A DNA stretch of 64,000 nucleotides. Source: a virus (taxonomy: Duplodnaviria > Caudoviricetes). The stretch covers positions 38,424-102,423 of IMG/VR virus record IMGVR_UViG_3300032330_002177, one strand, 5' to 3'. The notes under the pieces were generated by a model. It ran no database searches, was not told where the DNA came from, and saw only the letters and a program-made list of their open reading frames with translations. The position numbers and the translations under genes were made by a program. Shown here piece after piece: positions 9,399 to 16,748 of the stretch. Each line of letters starts with the position of its first letter. Position 1 is the stretch's first letter.

Positions 9399-9699
9399 AC
9401 GTTACGTTTGGCAAAACATAGACAATAATGCTAAACCCACTTCTAATGACTGGTGGCCAATTAAGAAACAACGTAAGAAACTAGCAACCAAATTTGCATC
9501 ACACCAGCAATCAGGACGCTATGTACACATTATGGATGATGAGATGTTCAAAACCATTCTCCAAATGCTAGAATCTAATACGGATATACAGATGGCTAAA
9601 ACTATAATATGGAATAGTAAAATCAATGATGAACAAGTAAAAATATTAATAAACAAGTATTGCCGTATACTATTAAACAATGATGAAGATAATAAATAA
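9391..9699 (+). CDS. hypothetical protein
   Basis: 102 aa; C-terminal helix resembles part of the 19604 protein. Confidence 0.6.
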   Translation: MSKRYVWQNIDNNAKPTSNDWWPIKKQRKKLATKFASHQQSGRYVHIMDDEMFKTILQMLESNTDIQMAKTIIWNSKINDEQVKILINKYCRILLNNDEDNK

Positions 9700-9931
9700 A
9701 CCATTAAGTGAACTTAATAATATATTACATAACAACGCCGCAGGTAAAAAACACCGTAGATGGAGTATATTCAGACCATACACATATAGGGGTGAAGTAT
9801 CTAGAATATTAAAAATAACAGATCATGAAAGTAAGTCAACAACAATACGTTTTACCAATGGGGGGTTACATAAAACAATTAGACGAGTGCGATCAAGAAG
9901 ATACAGCAATAGTAAAAATAGCATTATTTAA
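9680..9931 (+). CDS. basic YxxRG microprotein 1
   Basis: YTYRGEVSRILKI. Confidence 0.55.
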   Translation: MMKIINKPLSELNNILHNNAAGKKHRRWSIFRPYTYRGEVSRILKITDHESKSTTIRFTNGGLHKTIRRVRSRRYSNSKNSII

Positions 9932-10094
9932 TAAAGCAATAAATAGCATTAACCATAGAAGGTATGTATTTAATAAATCATATATACGTCGAGGTAGTAG
10001 TAGTAGACGATCTAAAATATTCATTAAAAGGTTTACTAAAGCACATAAATACCCTATAAATTATCAATATACATCATCAAGTATAGCTATATAA
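9825..10094 (+). CDS. basic YxxRG microprotein 2 (start uncertain)
   Basis: YIRRGSSSRRSKI. Confidence 0.5.
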   Translation: MKVSQQQYVLPMGGYIKQLDECDQEDTAIVKIALFNKAINSINHRRYVFNKSYIRRGSSSRRSKIFIKRFTKAHKYPINYQYTSSSIAI

Positions 10095-10096
10095 TA

Positions 10097-10276
10097 ATGG
10101 CATATAAAAAACAATACAACGTACGAGGGATAAAGAATAAACATAGAATAAGAAACAGGCATAAACGATATATTAACAGATGGAATAAAATATACATAAA
10201 CCGTATAGCACAAATTAATAAACAACAACGTATGCTTCATCTACAACATCAGTTAATACAAAAGTATGGTCTATGA
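10097..10276 (+). CDS. basic YxxRG microprotein 3, 59 aa (not in ORF track)
   Basis: MAYKKQYNVRGIKNKHRIRNRHKRYINRWNKIYINRIAQINKQQRMLHLQHQLIQKYGL. Confidence 0.6.
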   Translation: MAYKKQYNVRGIKNKHRIRNRHKRYINRWNKIYINRIAQINKQQRMLHLQHQLIQKYGL

Positions 10277-10419
10277 CATATATTAATAAAGTAATTAAAA
10301 AACATTTCACTCATCAATACGCAGATAGAGGTAAAATAAGTAGACGATCAAAGGTAACATGGAAAGGTATATTAAGACGAATACGAGCAGCTAAACATCA
10401 AAGTAAAATAAGAATATAG
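10273..10419 (+). CDS. basic YxxRG microprotein 4, 48 aa (not in ORF track)
   Basis: MTYINKVIKKHFTHQYADRGKISRRSKVTWKGILRRIRAAKHQSKIRI; ATGA overlap. Confidence 0.65.
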   Translation: MTYINKVIKKHFTHQYADRGKISRRSKVTWKGILRRIRAAKHQSKIRI

Positions 10420-10422
10420 TTA

Positions 10423-10599
10423 ATGAAACATAAACGTAAATTATATCCGAAACGCGGACGGGATAGAAGGCTTGGAAAAGTCAGTTACCATATCCCAGGG
10501 TATATAGAAAGTGAATTAGTTAAAATGATATCAGCACACATACGAGATGAAATTGATAAGGAGATAATAAATAGGTTAAAGACACATGACATATATTAA
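10423..10599 (+). CDS. YxxRG microprotein 5, 58 aa, with capsid-spine-like helix (not in ORF track)
   Basis: MKHKRKLYPKRGRDRRLGKVSYHIPGYIESELVKMISAHIRDEIDKEIINRLKTHDIY. Confidence 0.65.
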   Translation: MKHKRKLYPKRGRDRRLGKVSYHIPGYIESELVKMISAHIRDEIDKEIINRLKTHDIY

Positions 10600-10696
10600 C
10601 AACATAATTAAAAAACAATTCTATCATCGATATACAAGTAGAGGTAAATTAGGTAGACGAATAAAAATGTCATGGCATTTAAAAAGTATTATATAG
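10586..10696 (+). CDS. basic YxxRG microprotein 6, 36 aa, paralog of 4 (not in ORF track)
   Basis: MTYINNIIKKQFYHRYTSRGKLGRRIKMSWHLKSII. Confidence 0.65.
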   Translation: MTYINNIIKKQFYHRYTSRGKLGRRIKMSWHLKSII

Positions 10697-10824
10697 TAAC
10701 ATTTATTAAGTGGAATGGTCGTTTTAAATTTACATTAAACTACAGAACGAGAGGTAGAATAAGACGTGCAACGTTAGTAAGATTTAACAAACGATTAATA
10801 TGGAGACGAAACAAAACAGTGTGA
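10672..10824 (+). CDS. basic YxxRG microprotein 7, 50 aa (not in ORF track)
   Basis: MAFKKYYIVTFIKWNGRFKFTLNYRTRGRIRRATLVRFNKRLIWRRNKTV. Confidence 0.6.
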   Translation: MAFKKYYIVTFIKWNGRFKFTLNYRTRGRIRRATLVRFNKRLIWRRNKTV

Positions 10825-10931
10825 TATATACTAAGGCATTTAAAAAACGTAAACATGGACTCATAATAGATCCAAGTTATATAAGTAGAGGACTAATAGG
10901 ACGAATGACGAAAATAATAAATAATAGATAA
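10821..10931 (+). CDS. basic YxxRG microprotein 8, 36 aa, GTG start (not in ORF track)
   Basis: MIYTKAFKKRKHGLIIDPSYISRGLIGRMTKIINNR; GTGA overlap. Confidence 0.6.
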   Translation: MIYTKAFKKRKHGLIIDPSYISRGLIGRMTKIINNR

Positions 10932-10955
10932 TAATCCAGGAATAAATAAAAATAA

Positions 10956-11195
10956 ATGACGCGTACGGGTAAACAAATATATGAACGAGCGATACGGACG
11001 AAATGGGTATATAAGAAACATATATATACGTCGTTACAGCAAATATATGAGTTACGTGGTCGGTTAAATAGGAAAATTAAGTTATGGGTGGGTGGTGGTA
11101 AACAAAGAACGCCGGCGTTAGCGCAATATATGGGTAGTAAGCGAATAGCGAAACGGGTGACATATGGTTACCGTAGGCGACATATCAATTATTAA
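10956..11195 (+). CDS. basic YxxRG microprotein 9
   Basis: YELRGRLNRKIKL. Confidence 0.6.
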   Translation: MTRTGKQIYERAIRTKWVYKKHIYTSLQQIYELRGRLNRKIKLWVGGGKQRTPALAQYMGSKRIAKRVTYGYRRRHINY

Positions 11196-11350
11196 AACGT
11201 TTTATAGTAACGTATAGGACAAGTAAGTGGCGTATGGGTATGTGATAAGTATTAGGAATGTGGGTGACCGGTGTTTCGTGTCATGTCCACCCCTTTCATG
11301 GGTCAAACAAGCCCTCCACAAACGGGACCCTATATAAGTATATATTAGGC

Positions 11351-11376
11351 TGACCGGCTTAAAAATCATATATTTA
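11351..11376 (+). promoter_or_regulatory. conserved early-type promoter
   Basis: TGACC-N13-TATATTTA. Confidence 0.75.
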
Positions 11377-11404
11377 ATTATATTAAAAAACAAAATAAAC
11401 AGTT

Positions 11405-11635
11405 ATGAGTTATCAAACAAAGGTTAGAGCGAATTACCTTAATCGCACAGCAAAATTGTCTTTCTACACACACCGCAAACGTACAGGTGATCTTACTCGT
11501 TTATCAGAAGAGACAGGCTACTCAGTAAGCCACTTATCAAACATGATTAACGGTAATAGAAAAGTAACTGACACAGCAGCAAATGCTATGTATATGGTTG
11601 CTCGCCGCCGTCAAAAGAACGCTATCGCAGCGTAG
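11405..11635 (+). CDS. XRE/Cro-like HTH protein
   Basis: LTRLSEETGYSVSHLSNMINGNRKV. Confidence 0.75.
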   Translation: MSYQTKVRANYLNRTAKLSFYTHRKRTGDLTRLSEETGYSVSHLSNMINGNRKVTDTAANAMYMVARRRQKNAIAA

Positions 11636-11661
11636 TTTTAAATTAGTTACTGCCATGGATT

Positions 11662-11689
11662 AGCGGCTCTCCTATTAGGGGGAGTCGCT
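11662..11689 (+). terminator. stem-loop after HTH gene
   Basis: AGCGGCTCTCCT...GGGGAGTCGCT, no clear U-tract. Confidence 0.45.
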
Positions 11690-11734
11690 CCTATGCCTAT
11701 AGAGCATTGATTACTAACGCCCTATACACTTGCC

Positions 11735-11760
11735 TGACCGCGACATGTTCACTATCTTTA
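11735..11760 (+). promoter_or_regulatory. conserved early-type promoter
   Basis: TGACC-N13-TATCTTTA. Confidence 0.75.
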
Positions 11761-11777
11761 TTATATAATAAGAAAAT

Positions 11778-12050
11778 ATGACAGATATGAACACAAATTA
11801 CACAGACGCAAGAATGAATTTAAACGAAGTATGTAACTGGTTAACCAATCAGGGGTATGAAGATTTAGGGGATATTATTAAGGATAAATTCACTTACCAT
11901 ACATGGGTAGTAGACGGTATGATAAGAAAGGATGTTGTTGAGGATATATTCGAACGTTGTTTTGGTGATAATATGATGTTCAGACAATTACAATGTGATG
12001 TAATAACATCATTAAGTATAGTACCGTTACATGAAGCACATGTTGACTAA
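11778..12050 (+). CDS. hypothetical protein
   Basis: 90 aa ORF. Confidence 0.7.
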   Translation: MTDMNTNYTDARMNLNEVCNWLTNQGYEDLGDIIKDKFTYHTWVVDGMIRKDVVEDIFERCFGDNMMFRQLQCDVITSLSIVPLHEAHVD

Positions 12051-12057
12051 TATTGGT

Positions 12058-12083
12058 TGACCGGGTTCAGTTCACTAAATTTA
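12058..12083 (+). promoter_or_regulatory. conserved early-type promoter
   Basis: TGACC-N13-TAAATTTA. Confidence 0.75.
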
Positions 12084-12122
12084 ATATATAAATAATAAAT
12101 AAACACAAAAACAATTAAGGTT

Positions 12123-12398
12123 ATGAAAAAAGAAACAACAAACACACCAACAGCAAAACGTGGCCGTCCAACGGTTGAAGGTTCTAAACGTCAAGCAGTA
12201 TTAGCAATGCGTGCAGCTAAAGTAGCAGCAGGCGGAGAAATTAAACGTGGTCGTCCAGCCGGTACTAACAAATTAAAAGTCGATCCATCAATTGAGGTGG
12301 TATTGAAAGTTAAAGCGCCTAAGGCAAGAAAGGTAACTGATACAGTAGCGGTAGTTACAATGGATGAGTTTATCGATAACGTTACCGACGCTCAATAA
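12123..12398 (+). CDS. AT-hook DNA-binding protein
   Basis: two KRGRP motifs. Confidence 0.75.
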   Translation: MKKETTNTPTAKRGRPTVEGSKRQAVLAMRAAKVAAGGEIKRGRPAGTNKLKVDPSIEVVLKVKAPKARKVTDTVAVVTMDEFIDNVTDAQ

Positions 12399-12412
12399 TA
12401 TATAATAGAAAC

Positions 12413-12450
12413 GCTCCGACTGACACGTACATACGTAGTCGGAGCCATTT
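12413..12450 (+). terminator. stem-loop terminator
   Basis: GCTCCGACT...AGTCGGAGC then CATTT. Confidence 0.55.
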
Positions 12451-12491
12451 CTTAACTAATCACAATACGTATAAATAAAAATTATAATATA

Positions 12492-12743
12492 ATGACAAAC
12501 GAACTAATGCAGTATCTAAATGAAATGAAAGCACAGATACAAGAACTATATGAAGATATAGATAGCGAATTACGTGGAACCGATAATCCAGACTTAATAC
12601 TAGACGGTTATAATAACGTGACTGAAAAATTAGGTGAAGCTATGAATAACCTAGAATCTATGATTTCGGATCTAGATATGGGAGTATATAATAAAATAGA
12701 TTCGTTGGATTTAGATGACGAGATGTCAGAGGTCGAAGACTAA
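12492..12743 (+). CDS. highly acidic small protein
   Basis: about 23 D/E versus 4 K/R in 83 aa. Confidence 0.7.
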   Translation: MTNELMQYLNEMKAQIQELYEDIDSELRGTDNPDLILDGYNNVTEKLGEAMNNLESMISDLDMGVYNKIDSLDLDDEMSEVED

Positions 12744-12966
12744 AGGGTCGCGGACGTTAGAGGCTCAGTGGAAGTAAAAGGTCAGGGATGTTAGAGGTCC
12801 CCCGGTAATTGAGGTCCATCGACGGGAGAGGTTGACCACGAAAAAAAAGATATGTGTTTTTAGATCTTAAACGATCTTTCACCACACCCCAAATATATAC
12901 CTATATATGACCATTTGTGAAATAGTTCACGGATTGTCAAAAAGAGATTTTTATAGACTTTTTTGT

Positions 12967-12992
12967 CGACCCAAGATATATACGTATATTTA
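12967..12992 (+). promoter_or_regulatory. early-type promoter variant
   Basis: CGACC-N13-TATATTTA. Confidence 0.65.
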
Positions 12993-13011
12993 ATATATAA
13001 AATAATAAGTT

Positions 13012-13155
13012 ATGAAATTAGTTATGATCGTGTTAATAGTATGCCTTACGGGATGCTCAAGTAGTAAAATTATATACCAGCGAGATATAGAAGGTAAAAT
13101 ATGGAAATCACATTCCGACGTATCAACAATAACAGGTTTAAAATATAAAAAATAA
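13012..13155 (+). CDS. 47 aa lipoprotein (not in ORF track)
   Basis: MKLVMIVLIVCLTGC lipobox. Confidence 0.65.
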   Translation: MKLVMIVLIVCLTGCSSSKIIYQRDIEGKIWKSHSDVSTITGLKYKK

Positions 13156-13158
13156 GTT

Positions 13159-13410
13159 ATGACAAAGTATCAAAAGTATTCATTAGGTTGGTTAGCAATC
13201 TACGTAGCGGTATTAGGTAATGTAATCTTAGCCGCATTATCAAGTTGTAATTACACATCACCAAGTCAAGACACTCAGATGTTACAATCAAAATATGAAA
13301 CCGTATATCAAATAAATCAATGGCAATATATTACATGTGATTCGATTCATGTATATCATATTAGAGTATCAGGAGATGGTCAAATTGAAACAACTATTAA
13401 AATTAAATAA
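13159..13410 (+). CDS. probable lipoprotein
   Basis: hydrophobic signal ending in LSSC. Confidence 0.6.
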   Translation: MTKYQKYSLGWLAIYVAVLGNVILAALSSCNYTSPSQDTQMLQSKYETVYQINQWQYITCDSIHVYHIRVSGDGQIETTIKIK

Positions 13411-13411
13411 T

Positions 13412-13669
13412 ATGAAATTTATAGAATTAACAAGAAGCTCTAGTCAGACATTAACAAAAGATAATTATAGTCCTGTCTTAATCAATCCAATGATGATAAC
13501 AGCATTAGTAGATTTAGGACCAGTCGATCAAGTATTTAATACACATGTGTATACAATGGGTGGTAGTCATGTAGTGAAGGAGACTATAGAACAAATACAG
13601 AAGTTAATACAAAAATCAGAAAACACAACCACTGTCACTTGGAAGACAAGTCCAACACCACATATATGA
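13412..13669 (+). CDS. FlbD-like small protein
   Basis: MKFIELTR...VLINPMMITAL...VVKETIEQIQKLI; ATG 13412. Confidence 0.55.
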   Translation: MKFIELTRSSSQTLTKDNYSPVLINPMMITALVDLGPVDQVFNTHVYTMGGSHVVKETIEQIQKLIQKSENTTTVTWKTSPTPHI

Positions 13670-13839
13670 GAGACCCAATAAATAGCGAAATAAGAACATA
13701 TTCGGATGACCCAAGTAGTATGAAAGGAGATCCACTAGAAGGTTTAAGTAAGTTTTTTGATTTTATGGCTATAGTATTTGGATTAGGAACACTAACAATA
13801 ATAATTGAAATAATAATTTGGATAATAAATAATATATGA
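13666..13839 (+). CDS. small membrane protein
   Basis: C-terminal TM segment. Confidence 0.55.
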   Translation: MRDPINSEIRTYSDDPSSMKGDPLEGLSKFFDFMAIVFGLGTLTIIIEIIIWIINNI

Positions 13840-14393
13840 TAATATTTAAAGGTAAAAAGAAAAATAAATATATTCACACCAGAGACATCACATTAGATGA
13901 TATTCGGGCTGTATTTTTTCCTAAAGATTTTCATGAGAAATATAGATACTTAGGTTCAGTACCACATTTTGAATCAGGTGATATATTCAAAGCAATGGAA
14001 CCATTAGTTATTTATATGGACTATAAAGCTAAACCTAAATGGTGTCCAAGATGGTTTCTTCGGTTTTTACACCTATTTGGAAACGATAATTCAATTGTTA
14101 GAGTTAGAAACCGAGCATTATATAACTTAAGTAATCAGTTGACTAAAGGCATTTTAATCGTTGATTATAAAACTAAATGGACCGAATATGATCTTCGTAT
14201 ATCCGTATATGGGGATGAAAGGATGAATGACTTAGCTGATTCTATTGAACATGAATTTTATAATAAAGGATATAGAGCTGATTTAGCTGAACAGATTAAG
14301 GAATTAGATCCTAATACAATGTATCATAGTGGTAATAGTATTAATTCATTAAAAGTAGAATTAGATAGATTAGAAACCAAAAACGATAAATAA
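13836..14393 (+). CDS. hypothetical protein
   Basis: 185 aa ORF. Confidence 0.75.
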   Translation: MIIFKGKKKNKYIHTRDITLDDIRAVFFPKDFHEKYRYLGSVPHFESGDIFKAMEPLVIYMDYKAKPKWCPRWFLRFLHLFGNDNSIVRVRNRALYNLSNQLTKGILIVDYKTKWTEYDLRISVYGDERMNDLADSIEHEFYNKGYRADLAEQIKELDPNTMYHSGNSINSLKVELDRLETKNDK

Positions 14394-14394
14394 T

Positions 14395-14724
14395 ATGAGT
14401 GGAGGAGCATTTGATTACAAACAATATAATATTGGAATGATTGCTGATGAAGTTGAACAATTAATACTCAATAACGGTAGACCCAAAACACAAGAAGAAT
14501 TGCGAAATGAGAGTTGGGGCAGAGATAATTCATGGTATGAAAAATATCCCGAAGATCTAAATCACTACAAATATCCAGATGATGTTATTGAGGAATTTAA
14601 GAAAGGTTTAGATATACTTAGAAGAGCTCAGGTATATGCTCAACGTATTGATTGGTTAGTTAGTGGTGATGATGGTGAGGAATCATTCCATGAAAGATTA
14701 AAAGAAGATTTAGATAAATTATAA
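14395..14724 (+). CDS. conserved phage hypothetical protein
   Basis: MSGGAFDY...RIDWLVSGDDGEESF. Confidence 0.8.
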   Translation: MSGGAFDYKQYNIGMIADEVEQLILNNGRPKTQEELRNESWGRDNSWYEKYPEDLNHYKYPDDVIEEFKKGLDILRRAQVYAQRIDWLVSGDDGEESFHERLKEDLDKL

Positions 14725-14727
14725 TAT

Positions 14728-14892
14728 ATGAAACGACATAAACAATATCGTTTTGAACGTATTGATGATAACCGAACTAGAGTTATTGTCATTATGCGTA
14801 GGCCCAAATCAAGATCATATATCCGTAGGAAAATGTATTGGGCTTGGAATCATAAATGGGATCAATCATACTATAAAAAATATAACACATGA
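14728..14892 (+). CDS. 54 aa basic protein (not in ORF track)
   Basis: MKRHKQYRFERIDD...; starts 3 nt after the upstream stop. Confidence 0.55.
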   Translation: MKRHKQYRFERIDDNRTRVIVIMRRPKSRSYIRRKMYWAWNHKWDQSYYKKYNT

Positions 14893-15008
14893 TAGCAATT
14901 TGCATTTTAACAGCGTTGATAATCTATATTGTTTGGGGAAGTATTTATATGCTTAAACAAATTAATCGTATTAATGATAAGTTTGAAGAAACATCAGAAC
15001 ATAAATAA
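14889..15008 (+). CDS. 39 aa TM microprotein (not in ORF track)
   Basis: MIAICILTALIIYIVWG...; ATGA overlap. Confidence 0.55.
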   Translation: MIAICILTALIIYIVWGSIYMLKQINRINDKFEETSEHK

Positions 15009-15037
15009 CTAAAACACAACACACGCCGCCCAAATAT

Positions 15038-15068
15038 GGCTACTCCGAATGGAGTAGCCTTTTTTATT
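15038..15068 (+). terminator. intrinsic terminator
   Basis: GGCTACTCC-GAAT-GGAGTAGCC-TTTTTT. Confidence 0.85.
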
Positions 15069-15081
15069 CTATCAACGCGGA

Positions 15082-15107
15082 TGACCGCGGCTCGCTTAGT
15101 ATATTTA
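15082..15107 (+). promoter_or_regulatory. conserved early-type promoter
   Basis: TGACC-N13-TATATTTA. Confidence 0.75.
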
Positions 15108-15125
15108 GATATAAATAAGAAGCAC

Positions 15126-15275
15126 ATGAAACATTTGAATTACACGAGCGCAAAAAGGTTAGACATGGTCAGCCAAGGAGCTTATGATGGTCGTTTTAAA
15201 AATAGGGTTATTACCGATAAGAAAAAACAACAATCAAAAACAGCGGCTCGTAAATGGAAAAATGACCGCGACTAA
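15126..15275 (+). CDS. 49 aa basic protein, weakly ArfA-like
   Basis: GAYDGRFKNRVITDKKK; start ATG 15126 after the promoter. Confidence 0.6.
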   Translation: MKHLNYTSAKRLDMVSQGAYDGRFKNRVITDKKKQQSKTAARKWKNDRD

Positions 15276-15288
15276 TTCGTTAAATTTA
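15263..15288 (+). promoter_or_regulatory. conserved early-type promoter
   Basis: TGACC-N13-TAAATTTA. Confidence 0.75.
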
Positions 15289-15311
15289 TTATATAATAAA
15301 AAGTTAAAAAT

Positions 15312-15734
15312 ATGAACAAGGTAAAAATTATCAACACTACAGACATTAATGAAACTGAATTTATCAACGATCGTAAAGGTGAATATAGAGCGATTGTTAA
15401 AGTACAAGCCGGGTTTATGACAGTTGTAGATGATTTAGGTATACAAGCTAAATGGGGTAAGCAACAATGGAATAGAGCGATTGATGTGTTCCGTGGATTT
15501 AAAAGAGGTGCTTTACAAACAATACAATTTAAAGCTAAAGGTACTGATACATGGTTAACTGTATTTGCTCGTAAGGGTAAAAAGATAGTATTGATGGATA
15601 AACAATTGTTCATGGATATGAAAGTAGGTGATATTAATCAGGATTGGTTTAACACAAACTTATATAGTCAAACCAACTATAAAATGTGTAAAGCTGAAAC
15701 ATGGGATGATAAGGCGTTTGTGATGAATAAATAG
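15312..15734 (+). CDS. hypothetical protein
   Basis: 140 aa ORF. Confidence 0.75.
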   Translation: MNKVKIINTTDINETEFINDRKGEYRAIVKVQAGFMTVVDDLGIQAKWGKQQWNRAIDVFRGFKRGALQTIQFKAKGTDTWLTVFARKGKKIVLMDKQLFMDMKVGDINQDWFNTNLYSQTNYKMCKAETWDDKAFVMNK

Positions 15735-15736
15735 AA

Positions 15737-15762
15737 TGACCTTAATTCAATCACTAAATTTA
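15737..15762 (+). promoter_or_regulatory. conserved early-type promoter
   Basis: TGACC-N13-TAAATTTA. Confidence 0.75.
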
Positions 15763-15779
15763 TTATATAAATAAAAAAT

Positions 15780-16025
15780 ATGAATAATACAAAAGAGAAT
15801 TTACAAACATTAATTGACTTACCAAGACATCATTTTGATGCTATTATTAAGTTAATTAATCCGAAATTAAATGATAACGATTTAAGACCATTATTTCCGG
15901 AGGGATGGGATCGAGATGAGTGTTGGCCGGATGGGAAATATAACTATGATGCGTTTCGTAAGTATCAAGTAGTGATTGATCAACAAGCTGAAGATATATT
16001 TAATTGGGTAATCGAAAATAGATAA
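15780..16025 (+). CDS. hypothetical protein
   Basis: 81 aa ORF. Confidence 0.7.
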   Translation: MNNTKENLQTLIDLPRHHFDAIIKLINPKLNDNDLRPLFPEGWDRDECWPDGKYNYDAFRKYQVVIDQQAEDIFNWVIENR

Positions 16026-16026
16026 T

Positions 16027-16263
16027 ATGAAACTAATAGACAAACACGAGTATACAAAAACAGTATTTGAATTTGATCTTGATGAAGCAGATCATATTGA
16101 TGAATTTGAAAATCCGTTTTATGTTCATCACCAGGAATCAATTGATGGGTTATGGATTGTAAATGAGTGGCTAGTGTATGATGACGCTAATGAACAATTA
16201 CCTTCCGACCATAGAATACATCAATTATTAGTTCATATGGCAAAACAAGAATTAAAAAAATAA
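16027..16263 (+). CDS. hypothetical acidic protein
   Basis: 78 aa ORF. Confidence 0.7.
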   Translation: MKLIDKHEYTKTVFEFDLDEADHIDEFENPFYVHHQESIDGLWIVNEWLVYDDANEQLPSDHRIHQLLVHMAKQELKK

Positions 16264-16266
16264 TAT

Positions 16267-16380
16267 ATGAAACACAACAAAGAAGATATATTCTATTACT
16301 TAACAGTATGGTTCGCAACATCTATTATTGTGTTATGGACAATTGGAATGATTTTTAAAATAATAACAAAAATAATATAA
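16267..16380 (+). CDS. 37 aa TM microprotein (not in ORF track)
   Basis: MKHNKEDIFYYLTVWFATSIIVLWTIGMIF... Confidence 0.55.
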   Translation: MKHNKEDIFYYLTVWFATSIIVLWTIGMIFKIITKII

Positions 16381-16381
16381 T

Positions 16382-16552
16382 ATGAAAAAATTACAGTACG
16401 GTTTAATGATTTTTGGATTTATAATAGCTGGGTTATCAGCTATGATGTGGTATGGGCATGGAGTACATACATGGATTTGGCAAGTGACAACTATGATTTG
16501 GATCGCGGATGGATATTTAAAATCTAAACAAATTGATAAACTAGAAAAATAA
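16382..16552 (+). CDS. 56 aa membrane microprotein (not in ORF track)
   Basis: MKKLQYGLMIFGFIIAGLSAMMW... Confidence 0.6.
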   Translation: MKKLQYGLMIFGFIIAGLSAMMWYGHGVHTWIWQVTTMIWIADGYLKSKQIDKLEK

Positions 16553-16555
16553 TAT

Positions 16556-16717
16556 ATGCAAAAGAAAGAAAGTAAAACAAATAAACATTTTTATTTTAGT
16601 ATGGCTAAATCTTTTATTAGGATTTTAGGATTCGCATGTCTTTTTTATAATGATTTTAAAGGAGCGGCTGTAATGTTAATGTTAGCAGAAGGACTAGGAA
16701 TTGTTGAAGAATTTTAA
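16556..16717 (+). CDS. 53 aa membrane microprotein (not in ORF track)
   Basis: HFYFSMAKSFIRI...LAEGLGIVEEF. Confidence 0.65.
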   Translation: MQKKESKTNKHFYFSMAKSFIRILGFACLFYNDFKGAAVMLMLAEGLGIVEEF

Positions 16718-16722
16718 TTGAT

Positions 16723-16748
16723 TGACCCCGATTCTCACGCTATCTTTA
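16723..16748 (+). promoter_or_regulatory. conserved early-type promoter
   Basis: TGACC-N13-TATCTTTA. Confidence 0.75.

Noticed and set aside
10095-10955. ORF-free gap suggesting stop-codon recoding or a long ncRNA
   Set aside because: It is tiled by coupled ORFs under 60 aa in standard code, and long genes elsewhere are intact with TAA, TAG and TGA all used as stops
9680-11195. CRISPR array or DGR variable repeats
   Set aside because: Units are not identical at the DNA level, spacing is irregular (110-203 nt), and no cas or reverse transcriptase gene is in the window
14753-14956. 67 aa ORF from the track
   Set aside because: TTG start; two ATG-started coupled ORFs (14728, 14889) tile the region better
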